DNA of 64,000 nucleotides. It comes from an uncultured Phycisphaerales bacterium (lineage in GTDB: Bacteria; Planctomycetota; Phycisphaerae; Sedimentisphaerales; Anaerobacaceae). Within the stretch, counting starts at the first letter, position 1. The number at the start of each line of letters is the position of its first letter. Location: assembly GCA_963718665.1 (NCBI GenBank), contig OY970359.1, positions 2,432,001 to 2,496,000 on the forward strand, read 5' to 3'. The notes under the pieces were generated by a model. That model had not been told where the DNA came from. It made no database searches and saw nothing but the letters and a program-made list of their open reading frames with translations. A program made the translations under genes and the position numbers. This document shows positions 52,355 through 63,404 of this stretch, piece by piece.

Positions 52355-53833
52355 ATGAATAAAATCAAATTAGAAATTGCTGAATGGGAATATGACCTTG
52401 ATAGACAATTAGGACCGGAAGGTGGATTTGGAGCTGTTTTTTGGGGGAGAGGGGAAAAACATAGCCCTGTTGCTATCAAGAAACTGAAAATCAACGCTCA
52501 ACAAGCTGCTCATAGAGAATTGAGAATTGCTAAAGAATTGGCTAACCGCAGTTTATCTAATGTGATTCCAATATACGACTCTGGACAAGATGCAAATTCA
52601 AATTCATATTTTATTGTGATGGCTTTGGCAGAAAAGAGTTTGCAGGACGAAATCAAGGTCGCTCAGGTCTGCGAAGGTGCACGAGCCGTCACTATTTTAC
52701 TTGATATCGCGAATGGACTTTCTGAGATATCAGATATATTTGTTCACCGCGACCTTAAGCCAGGTAATGTGCTTTATCATGAAGGAAAATGGAAGGTTGC
52801 AGATTTTGGAATAGCAAGATTTGTAGAAGATTCCACCTCTTTACATACACTTCAGGGTTGTTTAACTCCGCCATATGCAGCCCCTGAACAATGGAGATCT
52901 GAGCATACAACGACAGCGACAGATATTTATGCTCTTGGTTGCATTGGTTACTTTCTTTTAACAGGTAATCCTCCCTTTCAGGGGCACAGTGAAGCAGAGT
53001 TCAGACAGCAACATCTTTCGGGAACACCACCACATTTGGAAGGTAATTGCCCTCAGTTGACTTCCCTACTTGCGATGATGCTCAGAAAAGCACAAGAGGC
53101 GAGGCCAAATTTGAAACGAGTTATAGACAACCTGATGGAGATTGCCAAAAATCCTGATAGCGGCAAATTAGATAAGGGATTCGGTTCATTGGCTTCAGTG
53201 GGAGCAGAAATGGCCACCCAACAGGCGAAAAAGGAAGCTGAGCAACAAGCAATAAAAGCTGAACAGGAACGGCGGAAAGCCATTGCTGCAGAAGCAGAAA
53301 AGATATTTATAGGAATGAGAAAGGAATTATTTGAGAAGATATGTCGAGTAGCTTCGGTAGCAACTTATACTCGTGACGAAATTACTTTGGGTAATGCGAG
53401 CATGTATATTAAACTCCTTTATAGTAACCAAGAACTTGCAAATGTAAAAGCATTTCGACGATCGAATTGGGATGTTCTGAGTGCGGCAATAATAAGGGTA
53501 ATACAAAAAGAACCACAATATCAATGGAGTGCATCGCTGTGGTACTCGAAATTGCCAGGTGAACTTGAGTATCGATGGCGAGAAGTGTCATATTATGTGG
53601 ATCCTTTACGGGCAAAGCTACATTTACATTATATGTATCAACCATTTGGTCTCGAAGACTTAAATGAAGCTGATTTAGCAACTTCTCCCACTTATGGGTC
53701 CATTTACCGGATTGCCTTCGGCCCTGAAATTATTGATGATGAATGTTTCGATGTTTTTTGCTCTCGATGGGTAGAACTATTTGCAACGGCTGTAAAAGGA
53801 CAGCTTAGAAAACCTCGATTACCTTTGAAATGA
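52355..53833 (+). CDS. Hanks-type Ser/Thr protein kinase
   Basis: GGFGAV, VAIK, HRDLKPGN, DFG, YAAPEQ and DIYALG motifs; AT-rich relative to neighbours. Confidence 0.92.
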   Translation: MNKIKLEIAEWEYDLDRQLGPEGGFGAVFWGRGEKHSPVAIKKLKINAQQAAHRELRIAKELANRSLSNVIPIYDSGQDANSNSYFIVMALAEKSLQDEIKVAQVCEGARAVTILLDIANGLSEISDIFVHRDLKPGNVLYHEGKWKVADFGIARFVEDSTSLHTLQGCLTPPYAAPEQWRSEHTTTATDIYALGCIGYFLLTGNPPFQGHSEAEFRQQHLSGTPPHLEGNCPQLTSLLAMMLRKAQEARPNLKRVIDNLMEIAKNPDSGKLDKGFGSLASVGAEMATQQAKKEAEQQAIKAEQERRKAIAAEAEKIFIGMRKELFEKICRVASVATYTRDEITLGNASMYIKLLYSNQELANVKAFRRSNWDVLSAAIIRVIQKEPQYQWSASLWYSKLPGELEYRWREVSYYVDPLRAKLHLHYMYQPFGLEDLNEADLATSPTYGSIYRIAFGPEIIDDECFDVFCSRWVELFATAVKGQLRKPRLPLK

Positions 53834-54512
53834 ATGAGGTATCTTCTTGCAAAATTAGTAAAAGTGTAAAATTACCCAAAGCTGCCCGACAGAGAAGTAA
53901 AAACCCCTCGACAAGCTCAGGGCAGGCAATCTGCGATTTATCCGCCGAATTTCCGGCGGCATCCTAAATTACTAAATACTATCGACTATCAACTAACGAC
54001 TAAATACTAACGACTAACGACGAATAATTAAAACCCCCCGTTTGTAAAACCCCCGGCCTAAGGCGTCGGGGCAATCTGTTAATATAGGCAATTTGGCCAA
54101 ATGTTTGTGCGCGAGGGTCTAAAAAAATCCGGGAATTTTTGAAATTTTTTCTATTCCTTTTCTCACAAGAACTTACCGACTTTGGGCAGAAAAATAATGT
54201 TTCGTAACTCCTTAAAAACCCCGTAATTTCACCCTATATATAGAGGCACATAGTTCCTCTGTAGTAGCGCAGAAGCGCAAGGAAGTTGGGTCCCCGCCAA
54301 AGGCATGCGAGGATCTCCGCTTCGCTCCGACAAGCATTTCGCCCCAGGAGGGCAAGGCATCAGGAACAGAAGTTCCAGGAAGATTTCCGATTTTCGATTG
54401 CCGATTGGCGATTTAACTTTGGATTTCGGATTGTAGTTAAAACAAAAAAACTCTGTGAACTCTGTGGCCTCTGTGGCTAAAAAATTTGCTCTGTGGCAAG
54501 AAAGGAAGAGGA

Positions 54513-55103
54513 ATGAGTATGTCTGCGAAACTAACAATAACAATACCCGTCTGTCTCGACCTTATTTTCACCTGTCCACTGCTGCTTTATCGGCTTTTGC
54601 GATATGGTTATCACTTTCGCCGAATTTACTTAGGCGAAGGCAAATGGACTCTCCTCGACGTTAAGGATTATTATCGTCTCAGAATTTTCAAATGGATTCT
54701 CTATGGCAACGGCACCAACTTATATGCCATCCGGCATCAGTTAATCGAACCAAATAAGACAAAGACCGTGTATATGCACAGGGAAATAATGAATCCGCCT
54801 GCCGACCTTGTCGTTGACCACAGGAATTGTGATGGCCTCGACAATCGCAGGTCAAATCTCCGCTTTGCTACTCACGCTCAAAACACCCGCAACAGGCGAA
54901 AGAAAAAGAACGGCTCTTCCCGGTTTCTCGGCGTCTATTTTAATAAAGAAAAATCCACCTGGGACAGTCAGCTTAGACATAACGAGAAAAGAATATGGGT
55001 TGGCAGATTCAAAACCGAAATCGACGCCGCAAAGGCGTATGATAAAGCTGCTCTCAAATACCATAAGGAATTTGCTCGACTTAACTTTCCGAAGGAAAGT
55101 TGA
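54513..55103 (+). CDS. HNH endonuclease with C-terminal AP2 DNA-binding domain
   Basis: MHREIM, VDHRNCDGLDNRRSNLR (HNH); SRFLGV...GRFKTEIDAAKAYD...HKEFARLNF (AP2). Confidence 0.9.
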   Translation: MSMSAKLTITIPVCLDLIFTCPLLLYRLLRYGYHFRRIYLGEGKWTLLDVKDYYRLRIFKWILYGNGTNLYAIRHQLIEPNKTKTVYMHREIMNPPADLVVDHRNCDGLDNRRSNLRFATHAQNTRNRRKKKNGSSRFLGVYFNKEKSTWDSQLRHNEKRIWVGRFKTEIDAAKAYDKAALKYHKEFARLNFPKES

Positions 55104-55347
55104 CTGAACGCTACACGCTGAACGCTGTTCGCTGTATATACCACGGCGAATTCGCCCGCCTTAACTTTTCGGAGTGAAACGGAGACCTCGGCGTAGTCCT
55201 TCGACGAAGCCGGGCTGGCAAATTATGGAATTTACACGAAATCTGAATCTTGACAGTTGTAGGGGCGGGTCGTATAGTAAACCCTCCATACAAACGATAG
55301 TGATTCCGCTGACTGGCGGCTAAAGGTCGTAATTGAAAGGAGTTATT

Positions 55348-56520
55348 ATGAAGCTCGGCCGGAAGTTGAGGATGGGAATGATTGGGGGAGGCCCCGGGGC
55401 ATTTATCGGGGATGTGCATCGCAAGGCATCACGTTTGGACGGCGAAATCAAGCTTGTCGCAGGCGCATTCGATATCAATCCTGAAAAATCCGAGCAAATG
55501 GGCAGAGAGCTTGCGCTCGACCAGGCGAGGGTTTATGGCACTTATACCGAAATGCTCAAATCGGAGTTGAAGCTGCCTGAAAGCGAGCGGATTGATTTCG
55601 TTTCGATAACGACGCCGAATAACTGGCATTTTCCCATCGCGAGGGATTTCCTCAAGGCGGGATTCCACGTTATGTGCGAAAAGCCGATGACGATTACGAG
55701 CAAGGAAGCAAAGCAGCTTCAGGCGCTTGTGAAAAGCACAGGCAAGGTTTTTGGCCTGATGCACAATTACACCGGCTACCCGATGGTGAAATTGGCCAGG
55801 GATATGGTCAGGAAGGGCGATATGGGCGCGATTCGCAAGGTTGTTGTGCAGTATCCGCAGGGGTGGCTCGCGACGGCTTTGGAAAAAACAGGCAGTATGC
55901 AGGCGGGCTGGCGAACTGACCCCAAGCAAAGCGGCGCGGGCGGCTGCGTCGGCGATATCGGAACTCACGCTGCGAATTTAGCTGAATACATCACAGGAAA
56001 TAAAATCACGCATATCTGCGCGGAGCTGACGGCATTCGTCAAGGGACGTCTGCTTGATGACGATTGCAACTGTCTGCTCAAGTTCGATAACGGGGCCAAA
56101 GGTATTCTGCACGCAAGCCAGATTTCGATTGGCGAGGAAAATAACCTTGCCATCTGGGTTCACGGCGAAAAGGGCAGTTTGGAATGGCATCAGGAAAATC
56201 CTAACTACTTATATACAAGGGCGATGAACGCGCCTGAGCAGGTCTGGAAACGCGGCAATGGCTACATAGGCGAATACAGCGCAGCGGCTGGACGCGGAAC
56301 AAGATTACCCTTTGGACATCCTGAGGCGTTTTTCGAGGCATTTGCGAACAATTACCGCAATTTCGCGGAAACGGTCAAGTGTGCGATTGCGGGCGACAAG
56401 CCCGGTGAGCTTGAGAAGGATTTCCCGGGCGTCAACGAGGGTGTTCGCGGCATATTGTTTATCGAAACGGTTGTCGCAAGCGCAAAGAGCGCGAAAAAGT
56501 GGACGCCGATGAAAAAATAA
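55348..56520 (+). CDS. Gfo/Idh/MocA-family oxidoreductase (cytoplasmic)
   Basis: MIGGGPGAFIG, TPNNWH, CEKP and GDIGTH motifs. Confidence 0.9.
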   Translation: MKLGRKLRMGMIGGGPGAFIGDVHRKASRLDGEIKLVAGAFDINPEKSEQMGRELALDQARVYGTYTEMLKSELKLPESERIDFVSITTPNNWHFPIARDFLKAGFHVMCEKPMTITSKEAKQLQALVKSTGKVFGLMHNYTGYPMVKLARDMVRKGDMGAIRKVVVQYPQGWLATALEKTGSMQAGWRTDPKQSGAGGCVGDIGTHAANLAEYITGNKITHICAELTAFVKGRLLDDDCNCLLKFDNGAKGILHASQISIGEENNLAIWVHGEKGSLEWHQENPNYLYTRAMNAPEQVWKRGNGYIGEYSAAAGRGTRLPFGHPEAFFEAFANNYRNFAETVKCAIAGDKPGELEKDFPGVNEGVRGILFIETVVASAKSAKKWTPMKK

Positions 56521-56636
56521 ACACTTTTTACCGCGGAGCACGCGGATACCGCAGAGAAAAAATAAATAAATGAATCTCGGCGTTCTTTGCGGTCTCGGCG
56601 GTGGATATGTAAACATAAAATTAAGGAGAAGGAAAA

Positions 56637-57635
56637 ATGGCAAGACCGGTAACATTATTCACGGGACAATGGGCGGACCTTCCTCTTGAGGTTTTGGCGG
56701 AGAAGGCGGCGAGCTGGGGATATGACGGGCTGGAGCTGGCCTGCTGGGGCGACCACTTCGACGTTGACAAGGCGCTTGAAGACGATAAATATTGCGAATC
56801 GAAGCGCAAATTGCTGAAAAAGCACGGGCTTGAGGTTTTTGCGATATCGACGCACTTGGTAGGCCAGGCGGTTTGCGATAATATCGACGGGCGTCACAAA
56901 TCGATACTGCCCCCGGACGTCTGGGGCGACGGCGACCCGGAGGGCGTTCGCCAGAGGGCCGCAAAGAAGCTGATGGATACCGCCAAGGCCGCCAAAAAAC
57001 TCGGCGTCAAAGTCGTCAACGGTTTTACCGGCAGCTCGATTTGGCACTATGTGTATTCCTTCCCCCCTGTTTCAGCGGATATGATAAAGGCGGGGTATAA
57101 GGATTTCGCGAAACGGTTTACGCCGATACTGAATGTTTTTAGGAGCCAGGGCGTGAAGTTTGCGCTGGAAGTTCACCCGACGGAGATAGCGTTTGATATC
57201 GCGTCGGCACAGAGGGCGCTGGAGGCGGTGAAGAACCACCCGGCATTCGGGTTTAATTATGACCCGAGCCATTTCGGGTATCAGGGGGTTGATTACGTGA
57301 AGTTCATCCGGACGTTTGGGAAGCGGATATTCCACACACATATGAAAGACGCGTGGTGGGGGCACGGGGATGGGACGGTCGGGGTGTTCGGGGGGCATAC
57401 GGAGTTTGCGGACCCGAGGCGATTCTGGGATTTCAGGTCGATTGGGCACGGCGATATCAATTTTGAAGAGATAATCGTCGCGCTGAACGACATCGGTTAT
57501 CAGGGGCCGCTTTCAGTTGAGTGGGAAGACAGCCGGATGGACCGCGAGCATGGGGCGAAAGAGGCGTGCGAATATATCAAGAGGGCGGACTTTAAGCCGT
57601 CGCAATTGGCATTCGACGCTCAGTTTGACAAATAA
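56637..57635 (+). CDS. Sugar phosphate isomerase/epimerase-family TIM-barrel protein
   Basis: [24 protein letters not shown] and SVEWED motifs. Confidence 0.88.
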   Translation: MARPVTLFTGQWADLPLEVLAEKAASWGYDGLELACWGDHFDVDKALEDDKYCESKRKLLKKHGLEVFAISTHLVGQAVCDNIDGRHKSILPPDVWGDGDPEGVRQRAAKKLMDTAKAAKKLGVKVVNGFTGSSIWHYVYSFPPVSADMIKAGYKDFAKRFTPILNVFRSQGVKFALEVHPTEIAFDIASAQRALEAVKNHPAFGFNYDPSHFGYQGVDYVKFIRTFGKRIFHTHMKDAWWGHGDGTVGVFGGHTEFADPRRFWDFRSIGHGDINFEEIIVALNDIGYQGPLSVEWEDSRMDREHGAKEACEYIKRADFKPSQLAFDAQFDK

Positions 57636-57675
57636 ACCACGCTGAATAATTGGTTTAGTTAGGTTGTTGATTTAG

Positions 57676-59004
57676 ATGAATGTGAACCTGAATCGGCGCC
57701 GGTTTCTAAGGCAGACGGCCGGTGTCGCAATAGGCGGTATCGCACTTCCATATATAATCCCTGCGCGTACTTGGAGCTGACGGGGGTGTTGCGCCGAGCA
57801 ACCGTATTACGATGGCCGGTATCGGGGTGGGGATGCAGGGGCCGTGGAATGTCAAACAGTTTCTTCAGGAGGGCGACTGTAAGATTGCGGCAATCTGTGA
57901 TATCGACAAGAATAATCTGCGCGACGGCGTTGAGATGGTGAACAGCCATTACGGGAACAAGGATTGTGATGCTTACGCGGATTACCGGGAGGTTTTGGCG
58001 AGGGGCGATATTGATACGGTTGTGATAAGTGTGCCGGACCACTGGCACGCGATTACAGGGATAGCGGCGGCGAAGGCAGGTAAGGATATTTATTGCGAGA
58101 AGCCGTTGTCGCACGATTTGAAGCAGGGCAGGGCGATGTGCGAGGCGGTGAAGCGATATGGAACGGTGTGGCAGACGGGGAGCTGGCAGAGGTCGGAGGA
58201 AAGATTCCGGTATGTTTGTGAACTGGTGCGCAACGGCAGGATAGGCAAGATTAAGCATATTGAGGTTGCGCTTTATCCGGGGCACCGGGATTTCGCGGGG
58301 ACGAAAGGACAGGAAAAAATCGGACCAGCGCCTGCGGAGCTTGATTATGATACATGGCTTGGGCCGGCACCATACGCGCCATATTGTCCGGCAAGGGTAC
58401 ACAGGAACTGGAGATGGAACCTCGATTACGGCGGCGGACAATTGATGGACTGGGTGGGGCATCACGTTGATATAGCTCACTGGTCGATGGGACTTGATTA
58501 CACGGGACCTGTGGAGGTGGAGGGCAAGGGAGAATTTCCGGTTAAGGGCGTGTGGAATAGTCCAACGGATTACGATATAAATGTGAAATACGCCGACGGG
58601 CTGACAATGCTGGTAACCAGCAGGATAAAATACGACCTTGGAAAAGAGTGGACGGACGAAAGCGGAGTGAAATGGTACGGGGAAAAAGGGTGGATTTGCG
58701 TTACGCGCGGGGGAATGGACTCGGAGCCGAAGGACGTGGTGAGGGAGAAGATAGGGCCAAATGATATACGGCTGTATGAATCGCCGGGACACTGGCGGAA
58801 TTTTCTGGATTGCGTGAAAAGCAGGAAGACAACGATATCGCCGGCGGAGATAGCACATCGCTCGGCGACGGTGGGGCACTTAGGGCAGATAGCGATGCTT
58901 CTGGGCGCAAGATACGATTTAAGCCGGAGACGGAAGAAATTATCGATGACGCGACGGCCGCGAGGTTGCTTGGCACAGAGATGCGAAGCCCGTGGCATGT
59001 ATAA
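57676..59004 (+). pseudogene. Tat-exported Gfo/Idh/MocA oxidoreductase with two frameshifts (about 57765 and 58905)
   Basis: MNVNLNRRRFLRQTAG in frame A; GADGGVAPSNR...PDHWH...CEKP in frame B; RKIRFKPETEEII...MRSPWHV in frame C. All match the adjacent paralog. Confidence 0.8.
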
Positions 59005-59030
59005 ATATTTTTTGTAAAGGGGACATAACG

Positions 59031-60341
59031 ATGCCAGAGAACAATAAAGTAAATCGACGGGGCTTTTTAAAGACAGCGGCAGGCGCGGCGGCGGGGGCAA
59101 TAGCGATACCTTATATTGTGCCATCGTCGGTATTCGGAGCCGATGGCGGGGTTGCGCCGAGCAACCGGCTGCACGTGGGGATGATTGGAGTCGGCAGCCA
59201 GGGGACCTGGGACATGCGAGGATTCCTGGATAAGCCGGAGGCGCTGGTTGTGGCCCTGTGCGATATCGATGTCAAACACCAGAAGACCGCAAAGGCGGAG
59301 ACGGACCTGAAATACGGGAACAACGACTGCAAGACGTATGGTGATTTTCGCGATATGATAGCGCGAAGCGATATAGACATAATATCGACGGCGATACCTG
59401 ACCACTGGCATTCGATACCTGCAATAATGGCTGCTGAGGCGGGGAAGGATATTTACGGTCAAAAGCCGCTGGCGCGGACGATTCGCGAAGGGCAGGCGAT
59501 ATGCGACGCGGTGAAGCGATACGGGAGAATTTGGCAAACGGGGAGCTGGCAGCGGTCGGTGTATAATTTCCGGCGGGCGTGCGAGCTTGTGCGCAACGGG
59601 AGGATAGGCAAGGTTCATACGGTTGAGGTTGGTTTGCCGACGGGCAGCACGCGAGGCAACGAATCGATTAAGCCGGTGCCTGAGGGGGTTGACTGGAATA
59701 TGTGGCTGGGGCCCGCACCGTGGGTGCCGTTTAGGGGAATTTTGCACTGGGACTGGCGGTGGATTATGGATTATTCGGGCGGGCAGATGACGGACTGGGC
59801 GGGGCATCATATTGATATCGCGCACTGGGCACTTGATTTGGAGAGAACGGGACCTGTTGAGGTCGAGGGGCACGGGACATATCCGAAGGACGGGATATTT
59901 AACGTTCCTTATCAATACAAGGTAACGACGAAATACGCGAACGGGCTGACGATGATAATCGCAAACGACAGGCAGCTTCCTCACGGTATGGGGACATGCT
60001 GGTACGGGGACAAGGGCTGGCTGCACGTTACGCGAGATGAGCCGATACACGCGGAACCAAAGAGCGTGGTGGACGAGGTAATAGGGCCAAACGAGATTCA
60101 TTTATACGAGAGCAAGGACCATTTTCAGAATTTTCTGGACTGCATAAAAAGCAGGCGGGAGACGATTGCGCCGGCGGAAATTGCTCACCGGTCGCTGACG
60201 CCTGCGCTCTTAGGCGAGATTTCGATGCTGACGGGCAGGAAGCTGAAATGGGACCCGGAAAAAGAGGTTATCATCGGCGATGAAGAGGCCAGCCGGATGT
60301 TGTCACGGCCTATGAGAAGCCCGTGGCATTTGTATATGTAA
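59031..60341 (+). CDS. Tat-exported Gfo/Idh/MocA oxidoreductase
   Basis: NRRGFLK Tat motif; IGVGSQG, PDHWH and DWAGHHIDIAHW motifs. Confidence 0.92.
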   Translation: MPENNKVNRRGFLKTAAGAAAGAIAIPYIVPSSVFGADGGVAPSNRLHVGMIGVGSQGTWDMRGFLDKPEALVVALCDIDVKHQKTAKAETDLKYGNNDCKTYGDFRDMIARSDIDIISTAIPDHWHSIPAIMAAEAGKDIYGQKPLARTIREGQAICDAVKRYGRIWQTGSWQRSVYNFRRACELVRNGRIGKVHTVEVGLPTGSTRGNESIKPVPEGVDWNMWLGPAPWVPFRGILHWDWRWIMDYSGGQMTDWAGHHIDIAHWALDLERTGPVEVEGHGTYPKDGIFNVPYQYKVTTKYANGLTMIIANDRQLPHGMGTCWYGDKGWLHVTRDEPIHAEPKSVVDEVIGPNEIHLYESKDHFQNFLDCIKSRRETIAPAEIAHRSLTPALLGEISMLTGRKLKWDPEKEVIIGDEEASRMLSRPMRSPWHLYM

Positions 60342-60414
60342 ATAAGAAACGTTATACGGTTGCGGTCGCGCGGCTCGCATCGGCAACGTATTGCGAATAG
60401 TTAAGGAAAGAAAG

Positions 60415-61308
60415 ATGAAAAATTTCATATTAACGACTGTTATAGCACTGGGAGTTATTATGGTTTTTGCGAAAAACGTTATGGCGGACGGTTCGCCGAA
60501 GGTACTAAAGCCGGTGTCGGATGAGATGACGGCTAAGATTGAGGCGGCGGCTCCGGAAAAAGCAACCGCCAAACCTCTAAAGGCGAGAAAGATATTAGTA
60601 TTCTGGCTTTGCAGGGGTTATTACCACGAGAGCATACCTGTAGCGAACAAGGCGATTGAGATTATGGGCAAAAAGACCGGGGCATACAGCGTGGTTTTCA
60701 GCGACGATATGAATATGTTCGACGCGAAGAAGCTGGCGGAGTTTGACGCGATATTGTTTAACAGTACGACGAAGCTGGAGTTCAATGAGCCGGGGCAGAG
60801 ACAGGCGCTGATGGATTTCGTGAAGGGCGGGAAGGGCATCATCGGTTTACACGCTGCGACGGATAATTTTTACAACTGGCCCGAGGCGGCGGAAATGATT
60901 GGCGGGCAGTTTATCGCGCACCCGTGGACAGCCAATGGGGTTTGGGCGATAAAGAATTATGAGCCGAATCACCCGCTGAACGCGTCGTTTAAGGGAGAGG
61001 GTTTCAAGGTCAGGGACGAGATTTATCGCCAGAAGAAGCTTAGCCGGGTTGAGAACCGTCGTATTTTGCTGGCGCTCGATTTTGATGACCCTGCGACGAA
61101 GAACGCAAAAGGAGCAATGGAGAGCGACCGGGACATGCCTGTGAGCTGGATAAAAGATTACGGCAAGGGGAGGATATTTTTCTGCGGACTTGGTCATAAT
61201 AACGAGATATATTATCGTCCCGCCATACTGCAGTATGAGCTTGACGGCATCCAGTTTGCGCTGGGTGATTTAAAAGTTGACGCGACGCCTATTAAAGAAG
61301 GCAAATAA
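60415..61308 (+). CDS. ThuA-domain protein, secreted
   Basis: GYYHESIP, GGKGIIGLHAA, DEIY and GRIFFCGLGH motifs. Confidence 0.85.
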   Translation: MKNFILTTVIALGVIMVFAKNVMADGSPKVLKPVSDEMTAKIEAAAPEKATAKPLKARKILVFWLCRGYYHESIPVANKAIEIMGKKTGAYSVVFSDDMNMFDAKKLAEFDAILFNSTTKLEFNEPGQRQALMDFVKGGKGIIGLHAATDNFYNWPEAAEMIGGQFIAHPWTANGVWAIKNYEPNHPLNASFKGEGFKVRDEIYRQKKLSRVENRRILLALDFDDPATKNAKGAMESDRDMPVSWIKDYGKGRIFFCGLGHNNEIYYRPAILQYELDGIQFALGDLKVDATPIKEGK

Positions 61309-61322
61309 GAAAGGAAGAAAAT

Positions 61323-63368
61323 ATGAATCGCCTGTTAAAAGTTTCAGTTGTTGCGGCCGTTGTTTTGTGTTTTGGCGGAGTGATATACGCTGCCGATTCC
61401 AACGAATTTGGCCAGTTGTTAAACAATATCAAGACGTATGATTTCAATAAAAGCCGGGTGGACCTTATCAAAATCAGCGGTATGATTCGCGAAGCGAGCG
61501 GTAAACCCGAAATGAAGGCGATGGAGAAGCAGCTTGATGATTTTCTCAAATCGGACGCCAGTTACGCGGCGAAGGATTTTGTGTGCAGGGAGCTGAGCAT
61601 TGCCGGGACGGAGGCGTCGGTTCCTGCACTGGCTTCGATGCTGACGGATGAGAAGGTTTCGGATATTGCGAGATATGCCCTTGAGCGGATACCCGGGGCG
61701 GCAGTTGATGATGCGCTGCGGCAGACATTATCGAAGTCCGAAGGCAAAGCAAAGGTTGGAATCATAAATACGCTTGGGGTTCGCGGGGACAAGAAGGCGG
61801 TCGAGCAGCTGGCGAAACTGACTAATGACGCAAATGAGACGGTCGCGGTCGCGGCGGTTGCTGCACTTGGAAGGATAGACGACAAGAGCTCTACGGACGC
61901 GATTGCCAAGGTAAAAGACAAGGCGACAGGCGCGGTTAAGACGGCGGCGACTAACGCATATTTGCGGTGTGCGGACCGATTGACGACCAAGGGGGAGAAG
62001 GAAGCGGCGGGGGCGATTTATAAACAGTTATACGCCGCAAGCGAACCAATGATTATCCGCGTAGCGGCGGCGAGAGGTATGATTGTGACTGCTGGCGACA
62101 AGACGGGCGAATTGATTGTTGAGATGCTGAAATCAGCCGACAAGCCGATTCAAACAGTGGCGATAGCGACGCTGAAAGACGTGGCGAAGACCAATGTGAT
62201 AAAGGTGGCTGCGGAGCAGATGCCAAATCTGGAAACCACGCAACAGTTACAATTAATTTCAGCCCTGGCGGATTGTGGGGACAAGGTCGCGCTACCGGTG
62301 GTTCTGTCGGCGGTCAAGAGCAAGGATACGGCTGTGCGTGTTACAGCTTTGAGGGCGATGGGGATATTAGGCGACGTATCGTCTATTGATATGCTTGTAG
62401 CGGCAGCGGTTTCGAGCGGCGGCGAAGAGCAAAAGGCGGCACAGGAGAGCTTATATCGGCTGCGCGGTCCTGACATTGACGACGCGATTTTGAAGAAACT
62501 TCCTGATGCCGAGCCAAAGGCGAAGGTCGAGCTTGTTCGCAGCTGCGAACAACGGGATATAAAGAAATCGGTGCCCGTGCTGATGAAGACAGCTAAAGAC
62601 GCGGACGCGAAGGTGAGAATAGAATCAATCAAGGCGCTGCGAGCGCTGGCGGAGCCGCAGGATATGGCTGCACTTATCGAACTGCAATTGGCAGCCACGG
62701 GCAATGACAGGGGTGAGCTTGAAAAGACGGTAGTAGTTGTGGCTCATAAAATTGCAGAGGACAAAGGGCAGGGACAAGCAGTTCTTGCGGCATTGCCAAC
62801 GGCGAAAGACGTGGACTCGAAATGTTCGCTGCTGAGCGTTCTGGGAAAGATTGGCGACGAGGCAGCGTTGCCGGTTCTGCGGGAATCGCTTGGGGACAAA
62901 GAAGACAAGATTAAGGACGCGGCGGTGAGGGCACTTTCGGACTGGCCAACTGCGGCACCTGCGGCGGATTTGCTGAAGGTTGCGCAGATGTCTGAGAACC
63001 AGGTTCACAAGACATTAGCTCTTCGCGGTTACGTCCGGCTGGCGGGATTGAAGAGCAACAGGCCTGCGGAAGAGACGATGAAGATGTATAAAGACGCGAT
63101 GGCGCTTGCGGCGGATGTTTCCGAGAAAAAAATGGTGCTGTCGGGCCTTGGGAGCACGGAAAGTTTTGAGGCGATGCAAATGGCAGCGGGCTATCTCGAT
63201 GATAAGGATTTGAAGGAGGAGGCCGAGGCGGCGGTGGTTAAGATAGCAGAAGCGACTATGAAGGGACATTCGAGAGAAACAAAAGAGACGCTGCAGAAGG
63301 TGATTGACGGCACGACTAATGAGTCGGTGCGTGAACGGGCGCAGAAACTGCTTAAACAGGGCAAATAA
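61323..63368 (+). CDS. Secreted HEAT-repeat protein
   Basis: Signal peptide; recurring helical repeats (ARYALERI, AALGRI, AVRALSDW). Confidence 0.85.
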   Translation: MNRLLKVSVVAAVVLCFGGVIYAADSNEFGQLLNNIKTYDFNKSRVDLIKISGMIREASGKPEMKAMEKQLDDFLKSDASYAAKDFVCRELSIAGTEASVPALASMLTDEKVSDIARYALERIPGAAVDDALRQTLSKSEGKAKVGIINTLGVRGDKKAVEQLAKLTNDANETVAVAAVAALGRIDDKSSTDAIAKVKDKATGAVKTAATNAYLRCADRLTTKGEKEAAGAIYKQLYAASEPMIIRVAAARGMIVTAGDKTGELIVEMLKSADKPIQTVAIATLKDVAKTNVIKVAAEQMPNLETTQQLQLISALADCGDKVALPVVLSAVKSKDTAVRVTALRAMGILGDVSSIDMLVAAAVSSGGEEQKAAQESLYRLRGPDIDDAILKKLPDAEPKAKVELVRSCEQRDIKKSVPVLMKTAKDADAKVRIESIKALRALAEPQDMAALIELQLAATGNDRGELEKTVVVVAHKIAEDKGQGQAVLAALPTAKDVDSKCSLLSVLGKIGDEAALPVLRESLGDKEDKIKDAAVRALSDWPTAAPAADLLKVAQMSENQVHKTLALRGYVRLAGLKSNRPAEETMKMYKDAMALAADVSEKKMVLSGLGSTESFEAMQMAAGYLDDKDLKEEAEAAVVKIAEATMKGHSRETKETLQKVIDGTTNESVRERAQKLLKQGK

Positions 63369-63404
63369 CGGTTTTATACGCGATACTAAACAGGAGACCT
63401 TATT

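Noticed and set aside
57659..60101. Long antisense ORFs (406 aa and 344 aa)
   Set aside because: They lie opposite well-supported oxidoreductase genes and have no motifs; typical antisense shadows.
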